A DNA stretch of 39,774 nt, taken from contig CAVHTL010000001.1 of the NCBI GenBank assembly GCA_963638955.1, forward strand, positions 8,357-48,130, read 5' to 3'. This document shows positions 24,441-39,383 of the stretch, piece by piece (positions within the stretch are counted from its first letter, which is position 1; the number at the start of each line of letters is the position of its first letter). The notes below the pieces were generated by a model. The model saw only the letters and a list, made by a program, of their open reading frames with translations, had not been told where the DNA came from and searched no databases. The translations under genes and the position numbers were made by a program. Source of the DNA: a bacterium (GTDB lineage Bacteria; Bacillota_I; Bacilli_A; RFN20; CAG-826).

Positions 24441-27400
24441 ATGACCAAAGAAAAGAAAACGGCCAATGCCAATATTGACGCGAAAGACAGCTGCGTCAAT
24501 TTCTCCAAAATCAGCGGATCGCTCCCGCTCCCATACCTCGTAGAGATTCAAACAGAATCCTTCAAATGGTTCCTTGAAAAGGGACTTGATGAAGTCATGA
24601 AAGAGGTTTTCCCTATCTATAACTACGCTGGCAATGTTTCCATTGATTACGTCTCCAGCCATTTCGAGAACCCGGAATACGGACCGCTCGACTGCAAAGA
24701 AGGCGACCTCACTTATTCAAGCAAGTTAAAGGTTTCCCTTCGTTTAAACGATCACTTAAATAACGAAATCAGGGAAGAAAACGAAGTCTTCATGGGCGAT
24801 GTACCGATGATGACGGATAACGGCACCTTTATCGTGAATGGCGCCGAGCGCGTCATCGTTAGCCAGATCGTCCGTTCGCCTGGCGCTTATTTCCAGGATA
24901 CAGTCGATCCGTCCCAGACCCATTTCTATAACGGCGAAATCATCCCGACCCGCGGCACCTGGCTCCAATTCGAGAGCGATGCCAAAGGACTTATGTGGGT
25001 GAGAATCGACCGCCAGCGCAAAATGCCCGCCACGATCCTTTTCAAGGCTTTGGGCTTCGATAGCGACAAGAAGATCGAAGAGCTTTTCGGCGACAGTGAT
25101 GCCATGAAGCTCACTTTGGCCAAAGACAGTGCCATCAAGACCGAGAACGACGCTCTTATTGACATCTTCCGCAAACTCAAACCTGGCGAACCTATCACCC
25201 AAAACGGCGTCATCGAATTCCTCGTCCAGAAATTCTTCGACGAGAAACGTTATGACCTCGGCAGGGCTGGCCGCTTTAAATATGCCCAGAAATTAGGCAT
25301 CTATAACCGTTTAATCGGCCGCGTTTTGGCTGAGGACCTCGTCGATCAAAACGGCGAAATCATCTGCAATGACGAGACGGGCGAAGCTTTTGTCTCTGGT
25401 TACAAGTTGAGCAAAAGCGATGTCGCTTATCTCCGTGAGAAGGAAGTCTTCGAGAACGGGGCGATGGAGAGAAAACTCGCCGTCAATAAACTCATCGACG
25501 ACAATTCGACGGTCAACGTCGTCAAAGTCCACGCTTTCGACAAAGCCGAGGAGAAAGTGGTCTCCATTATCGGCACCGACCTCAACTGCAGTTTGCCGCG
25601 CGCGACTGTCTCTGACATGGTCGCTTGCTTCTCCTATTTCTGCAATATCCAAGACGGAATCGGCGATACCGACGATATCGATCACCTTGGCAACCGCCGC
25701 GTCCGCTGCGTTGGCGAATTGCTTCAGACCCAATTCCGCATCGGTCTTACCAAGATGGCGAAAACCGTGCAGCAAAAGATGTCCATCAGCGATTTGACAA
25801 GCGCCAAACCACAATCGCTCATCAATATCCGCCCGCTTACTAGCTCAATCCGCGAATTCTTCGCCTCGAGCCAGCTTTCGCAATTCATGGATCAGACCAA
25901 TCCTCTCGCCGAGCTCACCAATAAGCGCCGCATTTCCGCTTTAGGCCCTGGTGGTCTAGCGAGAAAGCGCGTCTCCATGGAAGTGCGCGACGTCCATTAC
26001 ACTCATTACGGCCGTATCTGCCCAATTGAAACACCAGAAGGACAGAACATCGGTCTTATCAATAACCTCTGCACCTATGCGCGCATCAATAACTACGGTT
26101 TCATCCAGACCCCGTATCGCATCGTCATTCATGAGAATGGCCACGACTACGTCTCTGACAAAGCCGAATATTTGAGCGCAGACGATGAGAGAGGGCAATA
26201 CATCGCTGAGGCCAATATCCGCCTCGGTGATCCAGTCGAAATAACGGTCGACGGCGAGAAAATCCTCGTCAAAGAGATTCTTGAAGACGAAGTAGTTTGC
26301 CGTCATGACGAAGACAACATCCGCGTGAGCAAGAGCCGCATCTCTTATGTCGACGTTTCGCCAAAGCAAGTCGTCTCAATCGCGACCGCTTGCATTCCTT
26401 TCCTTGAAAACGACGACTCGCACCGCGCTCTCATGGGTGCGAACATGCAGCGTCAGGCCTTGCCGCTTCTCCGCCCGTCTTTGGCGCGCGTAGGAACAGG
26501 CATGGAAGGCATCATCGCCCGCGACAGCGGCTTGGCGGTGGTTGCCGCAGCGGATGGCGAAGTCACCTCCATCGATAGCAGCACGATCGAAGTGAAGGAA
26601 GAAAAGGGCAAACGCACCTACAAACTCCAGAAATTCGACCGCTCCAACCAAGGTACCTGCATCAATCAGAACCCAATCGTCAAAGTTGGCGACAAGATCA
26701 AAAAAGGCCAGGTCATCGCTGATGGCCCAGCCATGAAAAACGGCGAGCTCGCCTTAGGCCAGAACGTCCTTATCGCTTATATGACTTGGCATGGTTATAA
26801 CTATGAAGACGCCGTCATTTTGAGCGAAAGAATGGTGAAGGATGATACCTACACCTCCATCCACATCGAATCCCACGATATCGAATGCCGCGAGACCAAA
26901 CTCGGAAACGAGGAAATCACTCGCGATGTCCCTAACGTGAGCGATGAGGCCAAAACCTATCTTGACGAAAGAGGCATCATCATCCCTGGCGCCGAGGTCA
27001 AAGAAGGCGATATTTTGGTTGGGAAAACCACGCCAAAAGGGCAAACCGAGCCAACGCCGGAAGAGAAACTCCTCATGGCGATTTTCGCCGAGAAGACCAA
27101 AGACGGCAAAGATTCCTCTTTGCGTGTCCCGCACGGTGGAGCTGGCATCGTTCTCGCCGTCCGCACCTATAGCCGCAAGAACAAGGATCCGCTTCCTCCG
27201 GGAGTCATGGAGAAAGTCCGCGTCTATATCGTCCAGAAGAGAAAGATCTCCGAGGGCGACAAGATGTCAGGACGTCACGGCAACAAAGGCGTCATCTCGA
27301 AGATTCTCCCAGTCGAGGATATGCCATTCCTTCCAGATGGCACCCCGATCGACATCATGCTTTCCCCAATGGGCGTTCCTTCCCGTATGAACATCGGGCA

Positions 27401-28145
27401 GATCAGCGAAATCCATCTCGGGTTAGCCTGCCAAAAACTCAATATGCGTGTCGCTACCCCGGTCTTTGACGGGGCCAACGATAAAGAGATCAAAGCCCTC
27501 ATGGACAAGGCTGGCATCTCAGAAGACGGCAAAGCCATCCTCTACGACGGACAAACCGGCGAACGTTTCGCGGAGCGTATTTCCGTCGGCGTCATGTACA
27601 TGATTAAGCTCGTCCACATGGTCGATGACAAACTCCATGCCCGTGCGACTGGCCCGTATAGCTTAGTGACTCAGCAGCCTCTAGGCGGAAAAGCTCAAAA
27701 CGGCGGCCAGCGTTTCGGCGAAATGGAAGTCTGGGCTCTTGAAGCTTATGGCGCCGCCCACACCCTCCAAGAGATGATGACGGTGAAAAGCGACGACCGC
27801 GTCGGAAGAAGGAAAGCCTACGAAGCCATTATCAAGGGCTTGCCGCTCCCTCGCCCAGGCATGCCAGAAGCCTTCAAGGTCTTCACGAAAGAACTCAAAG
27901 GCTTATGCGTCGATGTGCATCTATACGATCACGAAGACGACTCCATCTATATGGACGATCTAGCGAAAGAAGCGCTTATCGAAGAGCGCAAAGTCAATAG
28001 CGCCATCCGCAACCTCACCTCACCGCGCGCCGAAGAGAGAAGCGAAACGATCGAAGTCGAGAACTCATCCGATAGCGACGCCCTTCTCGAAGAAGGCCTC
28101 TCCATCCATAGCGGAGCGGCGGGCGAAGGAAGCGACGAAGAATAA
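24441..28145 (+). CDS. rpoB: DNA-directed RNA polymerase subunit beta
   Basis: 1234 aa. Motifs [61 protein letters not shown]. Acidic C-terminal tail. Confidence 0.97.
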   Translation: MTKEKKTANANIDAKDSCVNFSKISGSLPLPYLVEIQTESFKWFLEKGLDEVMKEVFPIYNYAGNVSIDYVSSHFENPEYGPLDCKEGDLTYSSKLKVSLRLNDHLNNEIREENEVFMGDVPMMTDNGTFIVNGAERVIVSQIVRSPGAYFQDTVDPSQTHFYNGEIIPTRGTWLQFESDAKGLMWVRIDRQRKMPATILFKALGFDSDKKIEELFGDSDAMKLTLAKDSAIKTENDALIDIFRKLKPGEPITQNGVIEFLVQKFFDEKRYDLGRAGRFKYAQKLGIYNRLIGRVLAEDLVDQNGEIICNDETGEAFVSGYKLSKSDVAYLREKEVFENGAMERKLAVNKLIDDNSTVNVVKVHAFDKAEEKVVSIIGTDLNCSLPRATVSDMVACFSYFCNIQDGIGDTDDIDHLGNRRVRCVGELLQTQFRIGLTKMAKTVQQKMSISDLTSAKPQSLINIRPLTSSIREFFASSQLSQFMDQTNPLAELTNKRRISALGPGGLARKRVSMEVRDVHYTHYGRICPIETPEGQNIGLINNLCTYARINNYGFIQTPYRIVIHENGHDYVSDKAEYLSADDERGQYIAEANIRLGDPVEITVDGEKILVKEILEDEVVCRHDEDNIRVSKSRISYVDVSPKQVVSIATACIPFLENDDSHRALMGANMQRQALPLLRPSLARVGTGMEGIIARDSGLAVVAAADGEVTSIDSSTIEVKEEKGKRTYKLQKFDRSNQGTCINQNPIVKVGDKIKKGQVIADGPAMKNGELALGQNVLIAYMTWHGYNYEDAVILSERMVKDDTYTSIHIESHDIECRETKLGNEEITRDVPNVSDEAKTYLDERGIIIPGAEVKEGDILVGKTTPKGQTEPTPEEKLLMAIFAEKTKDGKDSSLRVPHGGAGIVLAVRTYSRKNKDPLPPGVMEKVRVYIVQKRKISEGDKMSGRHGNKGVISKILPVEDMPFLPDGTPIDIMLSPMGVPSRMNIGQISEIHLGLACQKLNMRVATPVFDGANDKEIKALMDKAGISEDGKAILYDGQTGERFAERISVGVMYMIKLVHMVDDKLHARATGPYSLVTQQPLGGKAQNGGQRFGEMEVWALEAYGAAHTLQEMMTVKSDDRVGRRKAYEAIIKGLPLPRPGMPEAFKVFTKELKGLCVDVHLYDHEDDSIYMDDLAKEALIEERKVNSAIRNLTSPRAEERSETIEVENSSDSDALLEEGLSIHSGAAGEGSDEE

Positions 28146-28165
28146 AGGAAAGGAGATAACTAATC

Positions 28166-32197
<4,032 letters not shown>

Positions 32198-32204
32198 AAA
32201 AAGG

Positions 32205-32258
32205 AATAGAGGCCGAAGCCTAACGCGAGTTAGGCGGAAACGGCCTCTATTTTTCTTT
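32205..32258 (+). terminator. Rho-independent terminator after rpoC
   Basis: AATAGAGGCCG (32205-32215) pairs with CGGCCTCTATT (32241-32251), with an inner GCCTAAC/GTTAGGC hairpin, followed by TTTTTCTTT. Confidence 0.7.
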
Positions 32259-32372
32259 CGACCAAATGGGCTATTTATAGCGGCGAGCAACTCGAAAAAA
32301 GCATCTTATCTTCATTGACTTTCGCCTTCTTTTCTATTTGTGTTTTGCTTAGTTATCTTTATCATATTTCCT

Positions 32373-32813
32373 ATGAAGAAATGCAACAACTGCGGGGCCA
32401 AAGTGACTGACGATTCGCTTTATTGCCCCAAGTGCGGAGAGAAAATCGAAGAGACGATATCCGTAAATGACTATACGTCTAATGACCCATATCATTCCGT
32501 GAACGAGGAAGAAGCTGTCGAGGCGGAAAGAGTGGGGGTGGAAGAAAATGATGGAAGCATAAAGAAAGACGAAGAAAGCAAAAGCGATGCTGCTTTCTCC
32601 GCTTCAAGCGGCAACGTTGACCACGTTTTCGCCATCTTATCTCTCGTTTTCGGGGCTTTAGGAGGACTGCTCTCCATCGTTTTCGGAGTGCTTACCTTAA
32701 CTTCGCCCACCGCGAGCAAAGACGACAAGAAAAAAGCCTATATCGGCTTAGGCTTATGCGCTTGCTGGTTCGTTATTATCCTTATCCTTATTTTTGTCTC
32801 TTTCCTCCAATAG
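32373..32813 (+). CDS. Zinc-ribbon domain membrane protein (hypothetical)
   Basis: Start moved to ATG 32373. MKKCNNCGAKV....LYCPKCGEKI is a CxxC...CxxC ribbon. An acidic linker follows, then two C-terminal TM helices. No SD; a TATCAT at 32360-32365 lies 7 nt upstream. Confidence 0.7.
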   Translation: MKKCNNCGAKVTDDSLYCPKCGEKIEETISVNDYTSNDPYHSVNEEEAVEAERVGVEENDGSIKKDEESKSDAAFSASSGNVDHVFAILSLVFGALGGLLSIVFGVLTLTSPTASKDDKKKAYIGLGLCACWFVIILILIFVSFLQ

Positions 32814-32988
32814 GGAACTCGTTTCCTAACTAGAGGTCTTTGTTCAAATCCCCCTATCAGGCTCTATCCTTAATATATAAGAGGAAGAATCTTTTTTGCT
32901 TCCTGAACACAAAAGAGGAATAATTCGCTCTCTTGAAGTCCACATAACCCAGCGTATCAAAAGGCGAAAACTTTCGGTAAAATCTTTG

Positions 32989-33017
32989 TTGACAGGCATT
33001 TTTCATGCGCGTAATAT
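32989..33017 (+). promoter_or_regulatory. Sigma-A-type promoter of the str operon (rpsL-rpsG-fusA-tuf)
   Basis: TTGACA (32989-32994), 17-nt spacer, TAATAT (33012-33017). It lies ~55 nt upstream of the rpsL ATG. Confidence 0.55.
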
Positions 33018-33072
33018 CTCGTTTGCGCGCGTCGAGATTCGTTTTGACGCGAAACGAATAGGAGAAAAGAAA

Positions 33073-33492
33073 ATGCCTACAATCAATCAATTGGTGAGAG
33101 CAGGCCGCCATACCGCTGCGAAAAAATCGAAAACCCCAGCGCTTGGCAGACGTTACAACAGCCTTACCAAGAAATCGACCAACCAGGCCAGTGCCCAAAA
33201 GCGCGGCGTTTGCACCCGTGTCGGCACGATGACCCCAAAGAAGCCGAACTCAGCGCTTCGTAAGTATGCCCGTGTCCGTTTGTCCAATGGATACGAAGTC
33301 ACCGCCTATATCGGCGGAGAAGGCCACAACCTTCAAGAGCACAGCACCGTCATGATCAGAGGCGGACGTGTCAAGGATCTTCCAGGCGTCCGTTATCACA
33401 TCATCCGCGGCTGCTTAGACTGCGCCGGCATCGAAGCCCGCCGTCAAGGCCGTTCCTTATACGGGACGAAGAAGCCAACCAAGAGCGAGTAA
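33073..33492 (+). CDS. rpsL: 30S ribosomal protein S12
   Basis: Start moved to ATG 33073, after [18 protein letters not shown]...[60 protein letters not shown]. Confidence 0.95.
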   Translation: MPTINQLVRAGRHTAAKKSKTPALGRRYNSLTKKSTNQASAQKRGVCTRVGTMTPKKPNSALRKYARVRLSNGYEVTAYIGGEGHNLQEHSTVMIRGGRVKDLPGVRYHIIRGCLDCAGIEARRQGRSLYGTKKPTKSE

Positions 33493-33507
33493 AGGAGAGA
33501 ACGAACA

Positions 33508-33978
33508 ATGTCACGTAAAGGAAAAACAGAGAAGCGCGATGTGCTTCCCGATCCAATTTATAACAGCAAGCTCGTTACCCGCTTGATCAACCGCGTAATG
33601 TATGATGGAAAGCGCGGAACCGCCCAAACCATCATCTATCATTCCTTCAAGATCATTGAAGAGAAGACGCAAAAACCGGCCATCGATGTCTTCGCCACCG
33701 CGATTAACAACATCATGCCGGAAGTTGAGCTCAAAGTCCGCCGCATCGGCGCCGCCAACTACCAAGTTCCAGTCGAAGTCTCTGCCGAAAGAAAGCAGAC
33801 TCTCGGCCTCAGATGGCTAGTCACCTATAGCCGTCTCCGCAACGAAAAAACGATGGAAGAGAAACTTGCCGCCGAAATCATCGATGCCGCGAATGGCACC
33901 GGGGCTTCCGTCAAGAAGAAAGAAGATGTCCATAAGATGGCTGAGGCCAACAAGGCCTATGCCCATTACCGTTGGTAA
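33508..33978 (+). CDS. rpsG: 30S ribosomal protein S7
   Basis: [29 protein letters not shown]........[19 protein letters not shown]...R...LGLRWL. Confidence 0.95.
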   Translation: MSRKGKTEKRDVLPDPIYNSKLVTRLINRVMYDGKRGTAQTIIYHSFKIIEEKTQKPAIDVFATAINNIMPEVELKVRRIGAANYQVPVEVSAERKQTLGLRWLVTYSRLRNEKTMEEKLAAEIIDAANGTGASVKKKEDVHKMAEANKAYAHYRW

Positions 33979-33992
33979 GAAGGAGGAAAGAC

Positions 33993-36092
33993 ATGGCTGA
34001 CGAGAATATCATCAAAGAATCCGAAACCTACGATCTTCCCCACACCCGCAACATCGGTATCATGGCTCACATCGACGCGGGCAAAACCACGACCAGTGAG
34101 CGCATCCTCTATTACACCGGCAGAACCCATAAGATCGGAGAGGTCCACGAAGGAACCGCCGTCATGGACTGGATGGAAGAGGAACAAGAACGCGGCATCA
34201 CCATCACTTCCTCAGCGACCACTTGCTTCTGGAAGGGTCACCGCATCAACATCATCGACACCCCAGGGCACGTCGACTTCACCGTTGAAGTTGAACGTTC
34301 TCTCCGCGTCCTCGATGGCGCCGTCACTGTCTTAGACAGCAAAAACGGCGTTGAGCCGCAGACAGAAACCGTCTGGCGTCAAGCCGACAAATACGGCGTT
34401 CCGAGAATCGTCTTCTGCAACAAGATGGACGCCATCGGCGCTGACTTCGAGATGTGCCTTGACACCCTCAAAGAGAGACTCGGCGTCGACTATGCCGCCG
34501 CCCAATACCCAATCGGCCGCGAATCCGGTTTCACCGGCGAGATCGATTTGGTGAGAATGGTGGCTTGGTATTACACTGGCAACAAAGACGATGCCCCAAC
34601 CGAGAAACCGATCCCTGACGAGCTCAAGGAAAAAGCCAATTTCTACCATCAACAGCTTCTCGAGAAACTTGCCGCCCATGACGATGACCTCATGATGAAG
34701 GTCTTAGACGGGCAAGAGCCGAGCGTTGAGGAAATCAAAGCCGTCATGAGAAAAGCGACGATCACCGGCAAATTCTTCCCGGTCTTCTGCGGAACCGCCT
34801 TCAAAAACAAAGGCGTCCAGCTGCTTCTCGATGCCGTCATCGATTATCTCCCATCGCCTCTCGATATCCCAGGCGAAAAGGGCGAGCTCAAAGGAACTGA
34901 CTACGTGTGCAAAGTCACTGACGATGCTCCGTTTGTTGGCTTAGCCTTCAAAATCGCGACCGATCCATTCGTTGGCCGTCTAGCTTATGTGCGCGTCTAT
35001 CAAGGCGAGCTCAAGAGCGGAAGCTATGTCTACAATTCATCCCGTGGACAGCAAGAGCGTATCGCGCGTTTAGTCCTTATGCATTCCAACCGCCGTCAAG
35101 AAGTCAGCGTCTTGCACGCTGGTGAAATCGGCGCGGTCATCGGGCTTAAGAACACCACGACCGGCGACACTCTCACCGATCCTTCCGAGCCAGTCGTGCT
35201 CGAGAAGATGGAATTCCCAGAGCCAGTTTTGGAAGAAGCGGTCGAACCAAAGACCAAAGCCGACATCGAAAAGATGGCGGTGGCGCTCCAAAAACTCGCC
35301 GAAGAGGATCCAACCTTCCGCGTCCACACCAATAACGAAACCGGCCAAACCATCATTGGCGGCGTCGGTGAGCTTCAGCTTGACGTTCTCGTTGAGCGCA
35401 TGAGACGCGAATTCAATGTCGACGTCAATGTCGGCGCTCCGCAAGTCAACTACCGCGAAACCATCACGAAGACTGGTGAAGCCGAAGGTAGATACATCAA
35501 GCAGTCCGGAGGTCACGGTCAATATGGTGATGTCTGGCTCCGCTTCGAACCAAACCCTGGCAAAGGATTCGAGTTCGTCGATGCGATCGTCGGCGGTGCG
35601 GTTCCGAAGGAATTCATCAAACCGACTCAGCAAGGCCTTGTCGATGCCCTCAATAGAGGTCTCATCGCCGGCTTCCCTGCGATTGACATCAAAGCGACTT
35701 TGTTCGACGGCAGCTACCACGAAGTCGATAGCTCCGAAGCGGCTTACAAGATCGCCGCATCCATGGCGCTTAAAGAAGCCGCCAACAAGTGCGGACCGGT
35801 CATCCTTGAGCCGATCATGAAAGTCGACGTCACCGTCCCAGAACAATACTATGGCGATGTCATCGGCGATATCAGCCGTAGACGCGGCACCCTTACGAAC
35901 GAAACCGTTCGCGGAAACGCCAAAGTCGTCAGCTGCGAAGTCCCGCTTGCCGAGATGTTTGGCTACGTCACAGACCTCCGCTCCTTAACGCAGGGCAGAG
36001 GCAACTTCACGATGACTTTCGACCATTATGGACAATGCCCACGCTTCGTCCAGGACGAAATCGTCAAAAAAAGCGCGATGAGCAATAGATAA
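33993..36092 (+). CDS. fusA: Elongation factor G
   Basis: Start moved to ATG 33993, after GAAGGAGGA. Motifs [34 protein letters not shown]. Confidence 0.96.
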   Translation: MADENIIKESETYDLPHTRNIGIMAHIDAGKTTTSERILYYTGRTHKIGEVHEGTAVMDWMEEEQERGITITSSATTCFWKGHRINIIDTPGHVDFTVEVERSLRVLDGAVTVLDSKNGVEPQTETVWRQADKYGVPRIVFCNKMDAIGADFEMCLDTLKERLGVDYAAAQYPIGRESGFTGEIDLVRMVAWYYTGNKDDAPTEKPIPDELKEKANFYHQQLLEKLAAHDDDLMMKVLDGQEPSVEEIKAVMRKATITGKFFPVFCGTAFKNKGVQLLLDAVIDYLPSPLDIPGEKGELKGTDYVCKVTDDAPFVGLAFKIATDPFVGRLAYVRVYQGELKSGSYVYNSSRGQQERIARLVLMHSNRRQEVSVLHAGEIGAVIGLKNTTTGDTLTDPSEPVVLEKMEFPEPVLEEAVEPKTKADIEKMAVALQKLAEEDPTFRVHTNNETGQTIIGGVGELQLDVLVERMRREFNVDVNVGAPQVNYRETITKTGEAEGRYIKQSGGHGQYGDVWLRFEPNPGKGFEFVDAIVGGAVPKEFIKPTQQGLVDALNRGLIAGFPAIDIKATLFDGSYHEVDSSEAAYKIAASMALKEAANKCGPVILEPIMKVDVTVPEQYYGDVIGDISRRRGTLTNETVRGNAKVVSCEVPLAEMFGYVTDLRSLTQGRGNFTMTFDHYGQCPRFVQDEIVKKSAMSNR

Positions 36093-36143
36093 ATTCATTG
36101 AACGCAGTAAAGGAAAAACACTCTTCCCTTACTACGTAAATGA

Positions 36144-36172
36144 TTGTCAAACTCGAATCGTTGCCCTATTAT
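36144..36172 (+). promoter_or_regulatory. Internal promoter for tuf in the fusA-tuf spacer
   Basis: TTGTCA (36144-36149), 17-nt spacer, TATTAT (36167-36172). It lies 46 nt upstream of the tuf ATG. Confidence 0.45.
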
Positions 36173-36217
36173 TATCTAGCGTCAAAGTAGAAAACCATTT
36201 TTGGAGGAAAAAACACA

Positions 36218-37435
36218 ATGGCAAAAGAAAAATTCAACCGTGATCGTGTCCACCTCAACGTTGGCACCATCGGTCACGTCGACCACGGCAAGACCACTCT
36301 TACCGCTGCGATTACCCACGTCTTATCCATGGTTGGCAAAGCCACCGGCGGAAAAGACGGCAACGCCGTCGATATGGCTTATTCCCAAATCGACAGCAGC
36401 CCAGAAGAGAAAGCCCGTGGTATCACGATCAACACCGCTCACGAAGAGTATGAGACCGCGAAGCGCCACTATGCGCACGTCGACTGCCCAGGGCACGCTG
36501 ACTATGTCAAGAACATGATCACTGGCGCCGCCCAAATGGACGCCGCGATCCTTGTCGTCTCTGCCGCTGACGGCGTTATGCCTCAGACCCGTGAGCACGT
36601 CCTTCTTGCCCGTCAAGTCGGCGTTCCTTACATCATCGTCTATCTCAACAAATGCGACATGGTCGACGATCCAGAACTCATCGACATCGTCGAAATGGAC
36701 GTCCGTGACCTTCTCAGCAAATACGGATTCCCTGGCGATGACACCCCAATCGTCCGTGGCAGCGCCAAAAAAGCAGGCGAGGCCAAAGACCTCAACGATG
36801 AGAGCACCAAGTCTGTCCTTGAGCTTCTAAACGCTCTTGACACCTACGTCCCAGATCCAGTCCGTGACGACGACAAACCATTCCTTCTTCCTATCGAAGA
36901 CGTCCTCACGATCTCTGGCCGTGGCACTGTTGTCACTGGTAGAGTCGAGCGTGGTGTCGCTCACCTCAACGACGAAGCCGAAATCGTCGGTATCCGTCCA
37001 ACTCAGAAGACCGTCATCACTGGTCTAGAGATGTTCCGCAAGACCCTCGACTTCGCCGAGGGCGGAGATAACGTCGGCGTCTTGCTCCGTGGCATCACCC
37101 ACGACCAAGTCGAGCGTGGACAAGTCCTTGCCAAACCTGGCTCGATCGTCCCACACGACAAATTCACCGCTGCCGTCTACATTCTTACGAAAGACGAAGG
37201 TGGTCGTCATACCGCTTTCTTGAACGGCTATCGCCCACAATTCTTCTTCCGTACCACCGATATCACTGGCTCCATCACTCTTCCTGCCGGAACCGATATG
37301 GTCATGCCTGGCGATAACGTTACCTTCACCGTTGAGCTCATCCACGCGATCGCTCTTGAAAAGGGAACCAAGTTCTCCATCCGTGAAGGCGGAAAGACCG
37401 TCGGCGCTGGCACTGTCGCTGAGATCCTTCACTAA
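36218..37435 (+). CDS. tuf: Elongation factor Tu
   Basis: 405 aa. Motifs [46 protein letters not shown]. Confidence 0.97.
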   Translation: MAKEKFNRDRVHLNVGTIGHVDHGKTTLTAAITHVLSMVGKATGGKDGNAVDMAYSQIDSSPEEKARGITINTAHEEYETAKRHYAHVDCPGHADYVKNMITGAAQMDAAILVVSAADGVMPQTREHVLLARQVGVPYIIVYLNKCDMVDDPELIDIVEMDVRDLLSKYGFPGDDTPIVRGSAKKAGEAKDLNDESTKSVLELLNALDTYVPDPVRDDDKPFLLPIEDVLTISGRGTVVTGRVERGVAHLNDEAEIVGIRPTQKTVITGLEMFRKTLDFAEGGDNVGVLLRGITHDQVERGQVLAKPGSIVPHDKFTAAVYILTKDEGGRHTAFLNGYRPQFFFRTTDITGSITLPAGTDMVMPGDNVTFTVELIHAIALEKGTKFSIREGGKTVGAGTVAEILH

Positions 37436-37450
37436 TTAGACGTGAATCCT

Positions 37451-37480
37451 AAAGCACCTCGAAAGGGGTGCTTTTCTCTT
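37451..37480 (+). terminator. Rho-independent terminator after tuf
   Basis: AAAGCACCTC (37451-37460) pairs with GGGGTGCTTT (37465-37474) around a GAAA loop, followed by TTTTCTCTTT. Confidence 0.7.
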
Positions 37481-37612
37481 TGCCTAATGAATGAGAGTTG
37501 CTGACTAGCTGCCGTAATATGGCTTAACGCAGTGATTTCAGCCCTTTTTCAAACCGTAGCTCGATAATACCTCCGCTTCATTCATCCTTGCCTACGCTCC
37601 TCGGTCCAACAA

Positions 37613-37852
37613 GTGGGGTTCGCTACACATGCAACGGCTGAGACGAAAGGGATCGCAGATGATGAAAACCCCATGGAGCCGATCGACGAGCCCCATCGTT
37701 ATCTTGCAGGATTCATCGGCGCGCATTGCGGTTTCTCAAGCGAGGAACTTCAAGAATGGCTCAATCCTTTTTGTTTCTACTGGGACAACTGCGGAGGCGC
37801 GTTTGAAAAGGCTCAGTCGTTCATCGGATTGGCGACTGAAAAGCGCGATTGA
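37613..37852 (+). CDS. Hypothetical small protein or gene remnant
   Basis: 79-aa ORF with a GTG start, no SD and no recognisable motif. A second 84-aa ORF overlaps it in another frame. Coding status uncertain. Confidence 0.25.
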   Translation: MGFATHATAETKGIADDENPMEPIDEPHRYLAGFIGAHCGFSSEELQEWLNPFCFYWDNCGGAFEKAQSFIGLATEKRD

Positions 37853-37978
37853 GTGCGTTATCGTGACTGAAAGAATCCTGTAAATATCGATAAAGGATGG
37901 CTTTTATCCCTCACGTACACTAGAGAGTTTAAAATTTAAATTCGACAATAAAGAATGGCGATAGCAGCTTCAGCTCAG

Positions 37979-38007
37979 TTAACAAACTATCGTTGCAATG
38001 ATATAAT
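37979..38007 (+). promoter_or_regulatory. Sigma-A-type promoter of the DUF3990-like/HTH gene pair
   Basis: TTAACA (37979-37984), 17-nt spacer, TGaTATAAT (extended -10; hexamer 38002-38007). It lies 37 nt upstream of ATG 38044. SD AAAGGAGG is at 38027-38034. Confidence 0.5.
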
Positions 38008-38043
38008 TGTAATGCAAATTAAAAACAAAGGAGGTTTCTACAT

Positions 38044-38742
38044 ATGTCTATCGTTAAATTGCTTCACGGCACCGATCATATCGTAAAAACGCCTAATTAT
38101 TCCCTTGGAAAACCGCATAATGATTACGGACGGGGGTTTTACTGCACCGAAGTTCTTGAAATGGCAAGAGAGTGGGCGTGTAAGGAAAATAAGGATGGTT
38201 TCGTAAACGAATATAATTTCTCCTGTGACGGATTAAACGTGCTAAATCTCCTTGATGGAAAACATAGTGTATTGAATTGGATTGCGTTATTGCTTAAAAA
38301 TCGCATATTTACGTTGCAAGATGAAATTGCAGTTGACGCGAGAAATTACATAATCAAACATTGTTTGGTGGATTTGACCGGTTACGATGTCGTCATAGGT
38401 TATCGTGCAGACGATTCTTATTTTTCATATGCTCAATCGTTTGTCAGCAACGCTTTGCCGCTTGGAAGTCTTAATCAAGCATTAAAACTCGGTAAACTCG
38501 GTGCACAAACCGTGCTTATCTCAGAACGAGCCTTTAAACAAATAGAATTTATTAATGCCGATCCTGTAGATAAAGAAGTATATTATCCTAAATTTTTGTC
38601 AAGAGATACAATAGCAAGAACTACTTATCAAAAAGAAATCAAAAAAAGTAGCTCTTATCGCGACGACATTTTTGTTATGGATATTTTAAGAGAGGAAATG
38701 AAAAATGACGATCCGCGCATACAACGAATTATACTTGAATGA
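38044..38742 (+). CDS. DUF3990-like protein (function unknown; putative toxin/effector of a two-gene module)
   Basis: 232 aa. LLHGT (res 6-10), GRGFYCTE (29-36), AREWA and IGYRADDSYF are motifs I associate with DUF3990. Strong SD. AT-rich. Confidence 0.7.
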   Translation: MSIVKLLHGTDHIVKTPNYSLGKPHNDYGRGFYCTEVLEMAREWACKENKDGFVNEYNFSCDGLNVLNLLDGKHSVLNWIALLLKNRIFTLQDEIAVDARNYIIKHCLVDLTGYDVVIGYRADDSYFSYAQSFVSNALPLGSLNQALKLGKLGAQTVLISERAFKQIEFINADPVDKEVYYPKFLSRDTIARTTYQKEIKKSSSYRDDIFVMDILREEMKNDDPRIQRIILE

Positions 38743-39358
38743 CGCTATAAAAAACTTGGCTAACGCTTTCAATTATGCGATAAATGTGTGCAAACTCGAA
38801 CCCGATTGGTTTGCTAAACTTTTTGTGTTGTCCGATGTATCTACACAATTCGAACGCGGAAACCCGGCTTTCATTTCTGGTAAATCGGGCGAAGAACTTG
38901 TAAGAGATATTCTAAGCGAGGTTGACCCGGGAGAGGAATTACCCGCTCCTTTGTTTTCGGAAGAACGAACTCCTGAATATTGGGCAGGGTGGGCTTTGGC
39001 ACAATATCAATGGGCTTCGGCTAAACGCTTTAAGGATATTTTTGAGCGTATTCCGTTGAGCACAATTATTGCTATGTATCCTACCTTTCACGAAATGGAT
39101 ATAAGCCGTTTCAACGAATCGATGGACAGGCGTTACAACGAGTTCGTTACAGAAACGAAACTTCATAAAATTCGCAAAAGCAGACAAATTTCACAGACAG
39201 AACTCGCAAAACTTTCGGGAGTTAATCTGCGCTCTATTCAACTTTACGAACAACGCGTAAACGATATAGACAAAGCGCAAGCTCAGACACTGTATAAATT
39301 ATCCCGTGTGCTTGGTTGTAACGTTGAAGATTTGCTTGAAAAGCCCGCAACGTTTTAA
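38705..39358 (+). CDS. Partner protein with uncharacterised N-terminal ~150 aa and C-terminal XRE-family HTH (putative antitoxin/repressor)
   Basis: ATG 38705 lies 38 nt inside the upstream ORF; an in-frame TTG at 38735 is an alternative start. The C-terminus KIRKSRQISQTELAKLSGVNLRSIQLYEQRVNDIDKAQAQTLYKLSRVLGCNVEDLL is a canonical HTH_XRE. Confidence 0.75.
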   Translation: MTIRAYNELYLNDAIKNLANAFNYAINVCKLEPDWFAKLFVLSDVSTQFERGNPAFISGKSGEELVRDILSEVDPGEELPAPLFSEERTPEYWAGWALAQYQWASAKRFKDIFERIPLSTIIAMYPTFHEMDISRFNESMDRRYNEFVTETKLHKIRKSRQISQTELAKLSGVNLRSIQLYEQRVNDIDKAQAQTLYKLSRVLGCNVEDLLEKPATF

Positions 39359-39383
39359 TTAAATACTTTTCGGTTTTATTTTC

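Noticed and set aside
37487-37585. 8-bp inverted repeat ATGAATGA / TCATTCAT, ~85 bp apart, just after the tuf terminator. Considered as possible MITE ends or a structured RNA.
   Set aside because: The arms are too short to distinguish from chance in 40 kb. There are no target-site duplications and no further pairing in between.
37613-37675. GGGGTT...AACCCC pairing with a GGTTCG-like stretch, considered as a tRNA-like element downstream of tuf.
   Set aside because: No cloverleaf can be drawn: there is no D or anticodon arm and no proper T-loop GTTCGAATC. The stretch also lies inside an ORF.
38044-38742. Reading LLHGT ... GRGFYCT ... FVNEYNF in the DUF3990-like protein as a PARP/ADP-ribosyltransferase H-Y-E triad.
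   Set aside because: The motif shapes resemble PARP HGS / GxGxYF / NEY. However, the candidate Glu lies only ~23 residues after the Tyr, too close to fit the intervening strands of an ART fold. The strongly conserved-looking GYRADD motif is also unexplained. I keep this only as something a structure prediction could test, not as a call.
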